Origin: Cyanobacteriota bacterium
GTDB lineage: Bacteria; Cyanobacteriota; Cyanobacteriia; Cyanobacteriales; Nostocaceae
DNA: 64,000 bases
NCBI GenBank assembly: GCA_046045965.1
Contig: JBJOKS010000011.1
Location: forward strand, 87,681-151,680
Direction of reading: 5' to 3'
The notes under the pieces: generated by a model
Database searches by the model: none
What the model saw: only the letters and a program-made list of their open reading frames with translations
What the model was told of the DNA's origin: nothing
Program-made: the position numbers and the translations under genes
In this document: positions 49,560 through 60,532 of the stretch, piece by piece
Position numbering within the stretch: position 1 is the first letter of the stretch
How the letters are laid out: every line of letters begins with the position of its first letter

Positions 49560-49883
49560 ATGACTCGCTTTATACATGACCAATTTGCAAAACAATATCT
49601 AACGGAACAGGAGTTGATTATGAAATTATCAGAAATTTATCAACAACAATTAGAAGAAATTAAAAAACAAGAACGACAAGAAGGACAAAAACGAGGAAGA
49701 CAAGAAGGTATAGAAAGAGAAAGACGCGCTATGATTGAAAATATTTTGCAAGTACGTTTTGGTCAAGTTGACTCTGAGCTACAAACAATTATCAACCCTC
49801 TAATTGCTATGAGTAGAGAAGAATTTACTCCTTTGCTTCTACAATTCTCTAGTGAAGAATTATTAGCTAGATTTGCCAAATAA
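49560..49883 (+). pseudogene. Internally deleted Rpn-like gene retaining the C-terminal module
   Basis: MTRFIHDQFAKQYL N-terminus joined directly to ELIMKLS...QEG repeats...LQVRFG; the nuclease core is missing. Confidence 0.75.
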
Positions 49884-50091
49884 TTGATCAGAAAATCAGA
49901 GCGGAAAAAGAGTATTTAGCAGTTGACAATTGATTTTAAATTTGTTATAATGATTTTGATAAGGAAGAACTATCTTGTTAAAACTGCTAATTGATAGCTG
50001 GTGGTTTTGTTCCAGAAAGAAGTTATATTGCTGCGTCTTCACACAAGATAAAATTATTAATCAAAGCATTGATAAATTGTAAGGGGAACTT

Positions 50092-50307
50092 ATGGCAGTA
50101 AAAAAAGGAACTATGGTTCGCGCTGTCCGCGAAAAACTGGAAAATAGTGTAGAAGCTAAAGCTAGTGATACTCGCTTTCCAGCCTATTTATTTGATAGTC
50201 AAGGGGAAATTGTCGATATCAAAGGTGATTATGCTTTAGTCAAGTTTGGTAAAGTACCAACTCCCAATATTTGGTTAAAGTTAGAACAATTGGAAGAGTT
50301 TAACTAA
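50092..50307 (+). CDS. ndhO: NDH-1 subunit O
   Basis: [27 protein letters not shown]...VPTPNIWL. Confidence 0.95.
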   Translation: MAVKKGTMVRAVREKLENSVEAKASDTRFPAYLFDSQGEIVDIKGDYALVKFGKVPTPNIWLKLEQLEEFN

Positions 50308-50365
50308 GTTTTTCATAGTTATGCTGGTGGTAGGGATTAACAACCCTACTACTGATAACTAATAA

Positions 50366-51343
50366 ATGATTATGTCTTATTCTCCTTCTTCCCCAGTTTT
50401 GTGTAAATCTCCCCGTGTAACTATTGTGGGTGCAGGTAGAGTTGGTAGCACCTTAGCCCAACGCATTGCAGAAAAAAAATTAGCTGATGTGGTATTGTTA
50501 GATATTATTGAAGGAATGCCCCAAGGTTTAGCTTTAGATTTGTTAGAAGCAAGGGGATTAGAATTACATAACCGAGAAATTCACGGTACTAATAATTATA
50601 CAGATACGGCTAATTCAGATATTGTAGTCATTACTGCTGGTTTTCCTCGTAAACCGGGAATGACGAGAGATGATTTACTAAAAATCAATGCCAAAATTGT
50701 AGTAGAAGCTGCTAAAAATGCGATCGCCAATTCTCCCAATGCTATATTTATAGTAGTCACAAATCCTTTAGATGTAATGACTTATTTAACTTGGCAAACC
50801 ACAGGTTTACCCAGAAATCAAGTCATGGGAATGGCTGGGGTTTTAGACTCAGCGAGATTTGAAACTTTCATTGCTTTAGAATTAGGGGTTTTACCTGCGG
50901 ATGTGAAAGCGATGGTTTTGGGTAGTCACGGTGATTTAATGGTTCCTTTAGCCCGTTATGCTACTGTTAATGGTATTCCGATTACCGAATTATTAGATAC
51001 TGAAACTATCGAAAAACTCGTAGAAAGAACCCGCAACGGTGGTGCAGAAATTGTGGAATTAATGCACACAGGAGGCGCGTTTTTTGCTCCTGCTTCTGCT
51101 ACTTCTTTAATGATAGAATCAATTTTGTTAAATCAATCTCGTTTATTACCAGTTGCAGCTTATTTACAAGGGGAATATGGTTTAAATGATGTGGTTATTG
51201 GTGTTCCTTGTCGTTTAGGATGTGGTGGAGTCGAGAGTATTTTAGAATTGACTCTCAACGATGCAGAAAAAGCAGCTTTACAAACTTCAGCTAATTCTGT
51301 AAGTAACAATATCAAAAGAGCGCAAGAAATTTTAGAAAATTAA
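50366..51343 (+). CDS. mdh: Malate dehydrogenase
   Basis: GAGRVG, TAGFPRKPGMTRDDL, LDSARF, HGD and RTRNGGAEIV motifs. Confidence 0.95.
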   Translation: MIMSYSPSSPVLCKSPRVTIVGAGRVGSTLAQRIAEKKLADVVLLDIIEGMPQGLALDLLEARGLELHNREIHGTNNYTDTANSDIVVITAGFPRKPGMTRDDLLKINAKIVVEAAKNAIANSPNAIFIVVTNPLDVMTYLTWQTTGLPRNQVMGMAGVLDSARFETFIALELGVLPADVKAMVLGSHGDLMVPLARYATVNGIPITELLDTETIEKLVERTRNGGAEIVELMHTGGAFFAPASATSLMIESILLNQSRLLPVAAYLQGEYGLNDVVIGVPCRLGCGGVESILELTLNDAEKAALQTSANSVSNNIKRAQEILEN

Positions 51344-51350
51344 AAATTTT

Positions 51351-51390
51351 TCCCTATTCCCTGTTCCCTGTTCCCTGTTCCCTGTTCCCT
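51351..51390. repeat. STRR array (CCCTGTT)n
   Basis: About 5 heptamers between convergent genes. Confidence 0.85.
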
Positions 51391-53131
51391 AATTAATCTT
51401 AAATTCATCAAATTTTACAACTTCAGAATCAGGTTTTTTCGTATCAAAACGATAACTGCTAATAGTACCTGTTCCCGTGTCAAAAATGCTGAAAACTGTA
51501 ATCTCATTACTAGCAATATAAGGTAAAGGTTTACCATCTTCTGTTAATAATGGTGCAATCGTTGGTATAACCGGTTCTAACCCATTAGGATCGCCAATTC
51601 TGGTATAATCTTCTTCTGGATAGTTTACGGGAACTTCTCGCTTTCTTTCACCCCAAGCAGCACCGTAAGAATTACCAACATTAGAAGTTTCTAAAAAGTG
51701 CATTCCACTATCACTAACAAAGCGGTTCCATAAATGGGAATGTCCATAAAATACTAACTGCACTTTAGCAGCTTCTAATAAAGGAATCACATCACGAATA
51801 ATGTAATCTGCATTTTTAGGATATTCGTAATTTACATATTTAATATTTCCAGCTTGATCTCTTTTAATAATCTGCACAGGATTAGTGTAAGCTGGAACAA
51901 TATTATCACCCAAAGTATGAGGTGGATGATGAAACATCACAACTTTATATTTTCCCTTTTTAAATTCATCACTATTTAATTCTTGCTGAAGCCATTTATA
52001 TTGTTGACTACCTTTGAAAATAGGTTCATAGATTAACTGTCCATAACCCCAATTTTCAGGCGTATTAAAATCCTTTTCTGGTTCTATATATCTACCTTTG
52101 TTATCTGATTCTAATTTCGGATGTCGCCACATATTAGTGATATACAAAACCACCAAACGCGCATCACCAAAAGTAACAGCATAATAAGTTTTTCCACCTG
52201 TTTTAGTTTCAGGTAAAGTAAAAATTTCTTCGTAAGTGACAGTATTAAAATAACTATCTTTTAAAGATTTTTTCCCATATAATCTTTCTGCAACTTCACG
52301 GGGAATAGTATCATTAAATTCATCATTTAAACTTTCAGTTCTTTGATATCTCCCCATGACTTCATGATTACCAATACAAGTAAACATGGGTGCATTTTGA
52401 ATAATTTTTCCGCCTGTATAAGTAAATTTTACGCCATTATTTTCCATTGTATAATGAGCGCGACCTTGCAAACCGGGAAATAAAGCATTTCCACGATTAT
52501 CATCAAACCATTCAGAAGCGCGATCTGGAACATTGACTAAATCTCCTGCAAACCATACCCCGTCAACTTTCCCAACTGTTTCCACCACTTTTTGTAAATT
52601 CGCTGCTGTCATCGGTTTTAATTGATGATCGGAAGTGAGGAGAATTTTTAAAGGTGTACCGGGTTTTGGAGAAGCTGCAAGGGTAAAAACTTCACTATTA
52701 ACCTTTGCCCCATCTTCTCGTATACTGGTGACATAATAAGGAACTTTTAGATGAGGAGTTAAACCCGTAACTTCAGCTTCATGTCGCCAAATTTCTCGTT
52801 TTACAGGTTGTTGATAAACTTGCCCATTTTCAGTTTGATTTGCTACTCTTGATAGTTGGTCTTCTCTAGTGCGGCTAAGTTTAGTAGTTTTGGCGATTGA
52901 ACTTTTATTAAGTTTATCACCGTAGATAACTAAATGTTTATCACCAAGAAACTCAGTAAACCAAACTACTCGCACAGAATTTTTTGTGGGTAGTTGTAAA
53001 AATGGGTCTGTTAGCAGTTGCGGTGGTGATATCATAGTTGTTTTAGCCAAAGAACTCACGCTTACTAACGTCAGACATATTACCAGAAAAAGTAAAATTG
53101 TGACAGCAGTTTTCATGTATTTAGACCACAC
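51389..53131 (-). CDS. Secreted metallophosphoesterase (purple acid phosphatase-like)
   Basis: Signal peptide; SDHQ, GDLV, GNHE, HHPP and GHSH metal motifs. Confidence 0.88.
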   Translation of the reverse strand: MWSKYMKTAVTILLFLVICLTLVSVSSLAKTTMISPPQLLTDPFLQLPTKNSVRVVWFTEFLGDKHLVIYGDKLNKSSIAKTTKLSRTREDQLSRVANQTENGQVYQQPVKREIWRHEAEVTGLTPHLKVPYYVTSIREDGAKVNSEVFTLAASPKPGTPLKILLTSDHQLKPMTAANLQKVVETVGKVDGVWFAGDLVNVPDRASEWFDDNRGNALFPGLQGRAHYTMENNGVKFTYTGGKIIQNAPMFTCIGNHEVMGRYQRTESLNDEFNDTIPREVAERLYGKKSLKDSYFNTVTYEEIFTLPETKTGGKTYYAVTFGDARLVVLYITNMWRHPKLESDNKGRYIEPEKDFNTPENWGYGQLIYEPIFKGSQQYKWLQQELNSDEFKKGKYKVVMFHHPPHTLGDNIVPAYTNPVQIIKRDQAGNIKYVNYEYPKNADYIIRDVIPLLEAAKVQLVFYGHSHLWNRFVSDSGMHFLETSNVGNSYGAAWGERKREVPVNYPEEDYTRIGDPNGLEPVIPTIAPLLTEDGKPLPYIASNEITVFSIFDTGTGTISSYRFDTKKPDSEVVKFDEFKIN

Positions 53132-53187
53132 GCTGAATTAATATATTTATTACTTTGCTCCTTTGCGTCTTTGCGCGAAACAAAAAT

Positions 53188-54021
53188 ATGAATATCAAAA
53201 AATCACAACTAAAAACTTTCATCATATACGGATTATTGACAGCGATCGCTATCTTTACCCTTTTCCCCTTATTATGGTTAATTAGCACAGCCTTAAAATC
53301 ACCAACAGAAAATCTTTTACAGTCTCCACCGCAGTTATTACCAAGTCAACCGACGTTAGATAACTTCACTCGTGTTTGGCAATCTTTACCTTTTGGACAA
53401 TATCTATATAACAGTATTTTTGTGGCTTTATTAACCGTGGGATTAAATCTACTGTTTTGTTCTTTAGCTGCTTATCCCTTAGCAAGATTATCATTTGTGG
53501 GACGGAACGGAATTTTTATTGCCATTGTTTCTACAATTATGATTCCCTTTCAAATCGTGATGATTCCCTTATATATTTTGACAGTGCAGTTAGGGTTAAC
53601 AAATAGTTATTTAGGAATGATTTTTCCCAGTGTAGCTTCTGCTTTTGGCATTTTTTTATTAAGACAAGCTTTTATGGGTGTACCTAAAGAAATAGAAGAA
53701 GCTGCTCGCATGGATGGCAGTTCTGAGTTAGGATTGTGGTGGTTTGTGATGTTACCAGCAATTCGTCCAGCACTGATAACTCTGGCTATTTTTGTGTTTA
53801 TTGGTGCTTGGAGTGACTTTTTATGGCCTTTGATTGTCATCCAAGATGAAAGTTTATATACTTTACCCTTGGGAGTTGCTAAATTAGCAGGTACATTTTC
53901 TTTAGATTGGCGTTTGGTAGCAGCTGGGTCAGTAATTTCTATTGCTCCAGTTTTGCTATTATTTTTGTTTTTACAAAGGTTTATTGTCCCTACAGATACA
54001 GGTAGCGGTGTTAAAGGGTAA
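53188..54021 (+). CDS. Carbohydrate ABC transporter permease
   Basis: EAA loop (EIEEAARMDGS), AAYPLARL and WSDFLWPL motifs. Confidence 0.93.
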   Translation: MNIKKSQLKTFIIYGLLTAIAIFTLFPLLWLISTALKSPTENLLQSPPQLLPSQPTLDNFTRVWQSLPFGQYLYNSIFVALLTVGLNLLFCSLAAYPLARLSFVGRNGIFIAIVSTIMIPFQIVMIPLYILTVQLGLTNSYLGMIFPSVASAFGIFLLRQAFMGVPKEIEEAARMDGSSELGLWWFVMLPAIRPALITLAIFVFIGAWSDFLWPLIVIQDESLYTLPLGVAKLAGTFSLDWRLVAAGSVISIAPVLLLFLFLQRFIVPTDTGSGVKG

Positions 54022-54068
54022 AAAGTAATTATTCATCTTCCCCTACTTCCCCTACTTACTGTCACCTG

Positions 54069-54776
54069 TTAATAAGCTCCTTTTCTATCTAAGACTACCC
54101 AAATAGTTTTAACAATTAACATCAAATCATAAGTAATAGACCATTTATGCTGATAGTCTAAATCCATACTCACAATGGTTTCAAAGTCTTGGATGGTGGA
54201 ACGTCCATGAGTTTGCCATTCTCCAGTGATACCAGGTTTAACACGTAATCTTTCCCAGTGATGTGGTGCATAATTGATGACTTCATCAGGGGTGGGGGGA
54301 CGAGTACCAACTAAACTCATATCTCCCATTAAGACGTTCCAAAATTGGGGGAGTTCATCTAAACTACTGCGTCGCAGGAACTTACCCAAAGGAGTAATAC
54401 GCGGATCTTCAGTAGATTTGAAGATATTACCTTTGGCTTGGTTTTTGACTAGAGATTTGAGTTTATCTGCATTAACCACCATAGAACGGAACTTCCAGAT
54501 CCGAAATGTGCGTCCGTTGAGACCACAGCGGAGTTGAGAATAAAATATGGGACCTGGATCAGTAAACAAGGTAGCAATTGCCACGGGAATTACTACCAAA
54601 GATGTAATTATTAAACCAATTATTGCTCCGAGTATATCAATGAATCTTTTAGTATTACTGGTGACTGATGGGTGCTTTGACTGTGGTGCTGACTCAAGCA
54701 GACTCAGATGACCCAGAACACCTACATTAGACACGGTGTAACTTTTTGTTTTAGTTGTCAAAGTAGAAAGTGACAT
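54069..54776 (-). CDS. Bacterial sugar transferase (priming glycosyltransferase domain)
   Basis: KRFIDI, KFRSM, DPRIT, SLDELPQFWNVL.GDMSLVG.RP and KPGITG motifs. Confidence 0.92.
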   Translation of the reverse strand: MSLSTLTTKTKSYTVSNVGVLGHLSLLESAPQSKHPSVTSNTKRFIDILGAIIGLIITSLVVIPVAIATLFTDPGPIFYSQLRCGLNGRTFRIWKFRSMVVNADKLKSLVKNQAKGNIFKSTEDPRITPLGKFLRRSSLDELPQFWNVLMGDMSLVGTRPPTPDEVINYAPHHWERLRVKPGITGEWQTHGRSTIQDFETIVSMDLDYQHKWSITYDLMLIVKTIWVVLDRKGAY

Positions 54777-54979
54777 AACTATTTATTTAGGACTTCCGCA
54801 TCTAACCTTAGTTAGATACAAAAGATGGTAGATGGTATTAAATACCTTAATATTCTATGTAATTTTTCAGTGAGTAAAAAGCAAAACATCATAACTTCAT
54901 AAAATCTTTTCATTAAACCGGGGGAGTTTAAATTTTTGATGTTGTTTTTGTGAAGAAATTGAATACAAAGGTGAAAAAT

Positions 54980-55028
54980 AAACGCCCATTCTTGAATTAG
55001 ACAGTATTTCTACTTTGAAATGGGCGTT
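54980..55028 (-). terminator. Hairpin downstream of the 1430-aa gene
   Basis: AACGCCCATT...AATGGGCGTT inverted repeat. Confidence 0.55.
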
Positions 55029-55113
55029 GATGATTTAGGTTCAGTGAATATTTACGTAAATCTCCTGAAAAAACCTCTAATATCTTTCTTTTGGAAGATG
55101 TTTTTTTGGAGTA

Positions 55114-58100
55114 TTAATGCTGTTGAGAATTGACTGTTAAGGAAAAATTAACAGCATAAGGTTCTTCCAGTGATTGGAGAGAACTAGTTTTGATAGCATT
55201 CAGATAGCGACGCAAAAACAGAATTTGTTGAGCATTGGGACGATAGGTAAGATTGCCTTGTTTTTGAAACAGTGGTGCAGATGCGATCGCTTGATAATCA
55301 GGATTTTCTTGAGAAGTATTTGCCAACCACATATAGTTTACACAAGTTTGGTTTCCATCCTGTTCTGGTAAGTTTTCAGAAGCAACAGCAGGAACTAAAC
55401 CCGCAGGTAGTTCACCTTCTAAAAAAGCCAGCAAACGCTGTTGACAAATGCGGGTATTGATCCCACGACTCTCAAATAATTGCAGAACTTCACCAAACGA
55501 TAGGGAACGCATGGTTTCAGTACCCAAGCCATCAGGTAAAATTTTCAACAATTCAGAAAACAGGAAGTAATCTGTATACTGTTGTCTAGGTATTTCTAAA
55601 ACCTGGGGATGCAGAGGTAACATAGCCAACCCATAAGCCACCCGACTGCAATTAGGAGCGCCATTTTCACCCAGATATAAATCTTGAATAATTTTGGCGT
55701 TGGGGAGTTTTTGTCTTAACCAACGGTTGACTGTGCCGACGGAAGCCACTCCACCCGAAATAATCGCTTGATTAATAGCCTCAGTGGGGATACCACGAGC
55801 TACTAATAATTTATTAAGTTCGCGGTTAAGACGACGCACATAAGGGACAAAAACCTGGCTTTCCAAATCTCGGCGCTGTAATATCCAACATTGATCAGCT
55901 AATTCCAGAGTAAAAGATTCTTGATGTTGCAAAATCAGCTTCAGAGCCAAAGCAGCATCTAACAAACCTTGTCCCAACAAAGAACTTTCCAACCTTTGCT
56001 GCAAACGGATGCGGGTTGTGATATCCGGTTCCCCAACTCGCGGTAGTTCTAACGCTGCCAAATTTAAACTAGACCACTGTATCTGGTCTAAACCAGGAAT
56101 TGAGGGTTGCCAATGCCAAGGATGATTACTAGCAGTGTTATTATTAGCTTGTGATCTGCTACGGGGTTGGTGAGATTTTGGTGGCAGCAGTAACTGACAA
56201 ATAATATCCTGCTCAATTGCCTTACCAGCATAGGCAAAACTGTGAAGCATGAAATCTCGGTATGTTAATTGGCTTAGGTCTGGCGGTAAATCAACCAGTG
56301 CCATTTCTGTAGCAGTTGCGCCAATATTCAGTGTCAGTGTGTTGCCCTGGATGGGATTTTCGCTGGTGTTTAAAGGGCGTAAACCTTGATTTTGACGCAA
56401 CTGTACTGATTGAAAATTATCAGGTTCAAGTTCTGGCAGCAAACTAGCGATCGCTTCCTCAATAAAAAATATCTGTTGAGGATGAGAGACAAGCTTACTG
56501 GTGAGTATAGCTTCCCGCACATTAAAGCGATATTGTTCTGACCAACTAGATGGACAAGTACAAATCACACCAGCAATATTATTAATGATCTCAAAAAAAG
56601 CTTGAGTATCTATCCCCACAGCATGAGCAATTAAAGCTGGAGTTGTACTTGTTTGATCCGACTTAAGAGTTAACAGTAATTTCGAGAGCGATCGCACCAC
56701 CCAAATTAAAGGCCCAGCAGAAAATTCATTTAACTGCAAAACTGGTTCCCATTTCTGCTGCGTAGTTCTGTAGGGAATCCCTATGTGTAAAAAAGGCTTT
56801 AAATGGGCAGAGTAGAGATTTTGTTTCGGTGCTGGTGTCGAGCGAGTTTTATCCTGTGCAACCGCCGCAGGTCCTATCTGCTCAATCTTTTCTGTGCTTT
56901 CAACTTCTGAGTGAGGTATAGAAACCGTAGGTAGATAAACTTCAGCAGGTAAACGAAATGATTGCTCAAAAGAAACTGCACCTGATTCATGTTCTGCTGA
57001 CCAGTAAATCGGATATACAATCAATCGGGAGCGATTCAACAAAGCCGCAGAAATCCCTGTTGTACCCAAATCAATCCCTAAATACCAAACAGAGTTTGAG
57101 TCTTTGTCTCTCAATAGAGAATTATCACTTAAATTGTCCTCTAAATTTTCATCTGTCAGCAGAGCATTTTCTGGTTCAGATTTTGTGACTTCATTTATTT
57201 TTTCAGTTTGAGGAATATCCAGATGCAAAACAGCAGCTAAGGGTATATTTTCTGAGGCAGGAGTGCTAGGAGATTCTACAATCATCATTCCCTCATCAAG
57301 TATATCCTGGAGGATATTCTGACTGTCAGACACCGAATCCTGGAAACTTTCTAAATTTGTTGTCTGTTCCGATCCAGAATTTAATCGCCAATCAAAATTT
57401 GCTAAATCTTGATCCAATTGCTGCAACTGCGCTGCATCTAGAACAATATTCGGTATACCTTGTGTCTCTGTATCTGTATTTTCTAAAGAAAGCAAATTTT
57501 CCTGTGGTGAAGCCGGAATGTAAGTAGCTGCAAGTAAATCTTGATCATCTGTTGATTCTTCCACAGGAGAAATAACTATGGGAATCTCTGGTGCAGACGT
57601 TTCTGCATTTTCCTCCACAGATAAAACTTCTGCAACTTGTTCTTCACTGCTGAAATCAACTAATAAGTCAGTCAGAACTGTGATTGTATCACTACTATCT
57701 GGACGAGATTCAAGTAATGTAGAAACGCTGGTAAATTCAGCCTGTGATTGCGAATCCTCTGGCAACAATGATTTTTCCCATAACTCAGATGGCTGCTCTG
57801 TGGATTCTACAACAAAAGTAATTTCTGGTAGAGGATTGTGATTCTGATCTGAAAGATTTAAATCCTCTTGCTCTACCGACTCTGACAACACCAACAACTT
57901 ATCATCTTGTGCTTCTGGAATGATGGGTAATGCTGGCATACTTTCGCCTATTTCAGAAGTATTATATACTTCACTTGTCTCCACAGGTACATTAGTAGAT
58001 GCTGTCGAGTTAGCCGCATCTGCATTACCAAACAAACTCGCATAAAGTTGGTCAACTTCATCAGCACTATCAAGCTGTAATTCATCAGCACTGCTAAAAG

Positions 58101-59406
58101 TATCAACAAATGAAACTAACGGCTCCTGTACAGTAATTTGTGACAGCACTGTATCCAGACTTTCCACCATTGGAGTTTCCTGAATTAAATCATCAGCACT
58201 ATCAAGCTGTAATTCATTAGAACTGATAAAAGTATCAGCAACTGAAACTAATGGCTCCTGTACAGTAATTTGTGACATCACTGTATCCAGATTTTCCACC
58301 ATTGGAGTTTCCTGAATTGAATCATCAGCAATATCAAGCTGTAATTCATTAGAACTGATAAAAGTATCAGCAACTGAAACTAATGGCTCCTGTACGGTAA
58401 TTTGTGACAGCACTGTATCCAGACTTTCCACCATTGGAGTTTCCTGAATTAAATCATCAGCACTATCAAGCTGTAATTCATCAGAACTAGAAGCAGCAGA
58501 CTGTACTTCTGTTGCAGTATCTACCCCAACGATAAAAGGCAAAATTTGAGCATCTGGAGATTGTGTTTGTTGTAAATACTGATTCAAATTATTGAGAAGA
58601 TTTGCCATCAACTGTTCACCTTGCATCCCCTGACTGTGCATTCTTGCCAGTGCTTGGGATAAAGACTCAGAATATGTGTTGATGTTACGCTCTAATGCCC
58701 CAAAGATAACATTAACAGTTCCATCTAGTGACAGCAAACGTTGATCCAACTCTCTGGCCAGACTCGCTAACCGTTCTATCCCCTGGGCTGATTCTAAAAC
58801 AGTTTGAATAGCAGAGTTGCCTACTTCTTGGTTATTTTCACCTGTAGTTAAACTCAGAGAATTAGACGCGTTTCTTGTTAAATATGGAATTAAACTTGGC
58901 ACTAAACGACTGATTAGCACTTGTATAAATTCCGTAATTATCTGCTCTTGGCTTGCTAACTGCTGTGTTAAGGAATAATTTTGCAGTCGCTTTTGCTCCA
59001 GTTGTCTAATTTCCTGGACAAGAGAGGCTCTTTCCTGCAACATCCCTGATAATTCAGCTTGCAAGGGTTGAAGCAAAACCGAAATTTCATCTTTTAGTTG
59101 TCCAGCGATAAAATTAATCTGTTCCTGTTGGGGTTGATAGGAATGTGATGCTGCTTGCTTATGCTCCTGCTCCACATATCGAGCCAACAAAGACGATATT
59201 GGTGGTGTCTGTGACTCATTTGGAGGAATTTCTTCTGATGTCTCACCTTCATTGAGTTTGACAAGAAAATCACGAACTTGCTGTAAAACATCTCTTTCTT
59301 CTTGTCCCTGACCAGACAGCAGTTTTGATAGACGATTGCCACTATTGTTAAGCAAGTTATCAATGTCTGCAATCAGCTTGTGAATTTCATCTGCACGGGA
59401 AGTCAC
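55114..59406 (-). CDS. Large protein: coiled-coil N-terminus, acidic repeats, Hsp70/actin-like C-terminal domain
   Basis: YLGIDLGTTG, LNIGATATE and IISGGVAS resemble actin-fold phosphate-1, phosphate-2 and adenosine motifs. Confidence 0.75.
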   Translation of the reverse strand: MTSRADEIHKLIADIDNLLNNSGNRLSKLLSGQGQEERDVLQQVRDFLVKLNEGETSEEIPPNESQTPPISSLLARYVEQEHKQAASHSYQPQQEQINFIAGQLKDEISVLLQPLQAELSGMLQERASLVQEIRQLEQKRLQNYSLTQQLASQEQIITEFIQVLISRLVPSLIPYLTRNASNSLSLTTGENNQEVGNSAIQTVLESAQGIERLASLARELDQRLLSLDGTVNVIFGALERNINTYSESLSQALARMHSQGMQGEQLMANLLNNLNQYLQQTQSPDAQILPFIVGVDTATEVQSAASSSDELQLDSADDLIQETPMVESLDTVLSQITVQEPLVSVADTFISSNELQLDIADDSIQETPMVENLDTVMSQITVQEPLVSVADTFISSNELQLDSADDLIQETPMVESLDTVLSQITVQEPLVSFVDTFSSADELQLDSADEVDQLYASLFGNADAANSTASTNVPVETSEVYNTSEIGESMPALPIIPEAQDDKLLVLSESVEQEDLNLSDQNHNPLPEITFVVESTEQPSELWEKSLLPEDSQSQAEFTSVSTLLESRPDSSDTITVLTDLLVDFSSEEQVAEVLSVEENAETSAPEIPIVISPVEESTDDQDLLAATYIPASPQENLLSLENTDTETQGIPNIVLDAAQLQQLDQDLANFDWRLNSGSEQTTNLESFQDSVSDSQNILQDILDEGMMIVESPSTPASENIPLAAVLHLDIPQTEKINEVTKSEPENALLTDENLEDNLSDNSLLRDKDSNSVWYLGIDLGTTGISAALLNRSRLIVYPIYWSAEHESGAVSFEQSFRLPAEVYLPTVSIPHSEVESTEKIEQIGPAAVAQDKTRSTPAPKQNLYSAHLKPFLHIGIPYRTTQQKWEPVLQLNEFSAGPLIWVVRSLSKLLLTLKSDQTSTTPALIAHAVGIDTQAFFEIINNIAGVICTCPSSWSEQYRFNVREAILTSKLVSHPQQIFFIEEAIASLLPELEPDNFQSVQLRQNQGLRPLNTSENPIQGNTLTLNIGATATEMALVDLPPDLSQLTYRDFMLHSFAYAGKAIEQDIICQLLLPPKSHQPRSRSQANNNTASNHPWHWQPSIPGLDQIQWSSLNLAALELPRVGEPDITTRIRLQQRLESSLLGQGLLDAALALKLILQHQESFTLELADQCWILQRRDLESQVFVPYVRRLNRELNKLLVARGIPTEAINQAIISGGVASVGTVNRWLRQKLPNAKIIQDLYLGENGAPNCSRVAYGLAMLPLHPQVLEIPRQQYTDYFLFSELLKILPDGLGTETMRSLSFGEVLQLFESRGINTRICQQRLLAFLEGELPAGLVPAVASENLPEQDGNQTCVNYMWLANTSQENPDYQAIASAPLFQKQGNLTYRPNAQQILFLRRYLNAIKTSSLQSLEEPYAVNFSLTVNSQQH
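58060..58490 (-). repeat. 132-bp (44-aa) coding tandem repeat, about 3.3 copies
   Basis: ATCAGCA.TATCAAGCTGTAATTCAT recurs at 58060, 58192, 58324 and 58456. Confidence 0.93.
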
Positions 59407-59833
59407 GTTAAATTACCTTAGCTAGAAATGTACTGTGATGTTTATGGTATTTACAATTACAGAAGCTCTGGGTAACAAAAGTTATTGCTAGGACTTCTGA
59501 AGGTTAATTAACGGCAATTATGTTATGAATTACTGAGAGATGCAACTTGAACCCGATGGTCAGCTTATTTCTCAGGCAGTTCTCCAAATTTTGCGCTAGG
59601 TTAGGTGTAAAATCAAAATTTTATGTGGTTAGTGGTGACATGGAGGTAAAACAGGTGTATCTAATCAGCAAATACTAAGACAAGGTAAAGATAATTGAGA
59701 AAAAATTATATTGTCGTTTTCTTGTGTAACATAGTTTAGTTTCCTATTTGAAAGCGTCTGTAATTTGATAGCTGAGGTTGAAAACACCGATCTTGCTTGT
59801 TCTGTTCATAGCAGCTTTAATAAATATGTCCTA

Positions 59834-60532
59834 ATGGAAGATCGATATAGCTTGCAGACATCCGCTCAAAACTGGATCACTTCAGCGCCCTTTTTCCAAG
59901 GGTTGCCTGAATCTATTGTAGAAACAGCCCTCGCACATCTTGTTACTCGTACTCACCCAGCCAATCAGGTGATCCTGTTGGAAAATGACTGGGGTGGATC
60001 TGTGTATTTTATTATAGAGGGATGGGTAAAAATCCGTACCTACAATTTAGAAGGAAAAGAGGTAACACTCAATATTATTGGGCAAGGGGAATTATTTGGA
60101 GAAATGGCGGCGCTAGATGAAGTACCCCGTTCCACTGATGTAATTACTCTCACCCCAACAATGATAGGCAGTATGCCTGCTCAAGATTTTGTCAAATTAC
60201 TGCAAACAGAACCCTTGGCAGGACTCAGATTGGCGCAATTAATGGCGCGGCGGTTACGTCAAGTAAATCGTCGTTTACGTCTGCGAGAATCCGATAGTCA
60301 ATCACGGGTAGCAGATACTTTGCTATTTTTGGCAGAAGGACAGGGTAAAAGAGGACAGACAGGTACGGAAATTCCTAATTTACCTCACCGGGAATTGAGC
60401 AGTTTGAGTGGACTGGCACGGGAAACAGTCACACGGGTACTGACAAGGCTCGAAAAAAAAGGCTTAATTCTAAGGGAGCAAGATGTGATGTGTATCCCCG
60501 ATGTGTCAGCTTTGGAAAAAATGATCATTTAA
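59834..60532 (+). CDS. Crp/Fnr family regulator, cAMP receptor-like (start likely 59834)
   Basis: cNMP pocket GELFGEMA...PRST; HTH ELSSLSGLARETVTRVL. Confidence 0.92.
   Translation: MEDRYSLQTSAQNWITSAPFFQGLPESIVETALAHLVTRTHPANQVILLENDWGGSVYFIIEGWVKIRTYNLEGKEVTLNIIGQGELFGEMAALDEVPRSTDVITLTPTMIGSMPAQDFVKLLQTEPLAGLRLAQLMARRLRQVNRRLRLRESDSQSRVADTLLFLAEGQGKRGQTGTEIPNLPHRELSSLSGLARETVTRVLTRLEKKGLILREQDVMCIPDVSALEKMII

Noticed and set aside
54069..54776. Naming the sugar transferase hepC
   Set aside because: Family motifs are clear, but no hep cluster context is present and orthology cannot be shown.
58060..58490. Regular repeats considered as a CRISPR array
   Set aside because: Whole 132-bp units are duplicated in frame within a CDS; no unique spacers and no cas genes.
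59447..59460. GTA-N8-TAC (NtcA-like) site before the 1430-aa gene
   Set aside because: No TAN3T -10 element at the usual spacing, and the motif occurs often by chance.
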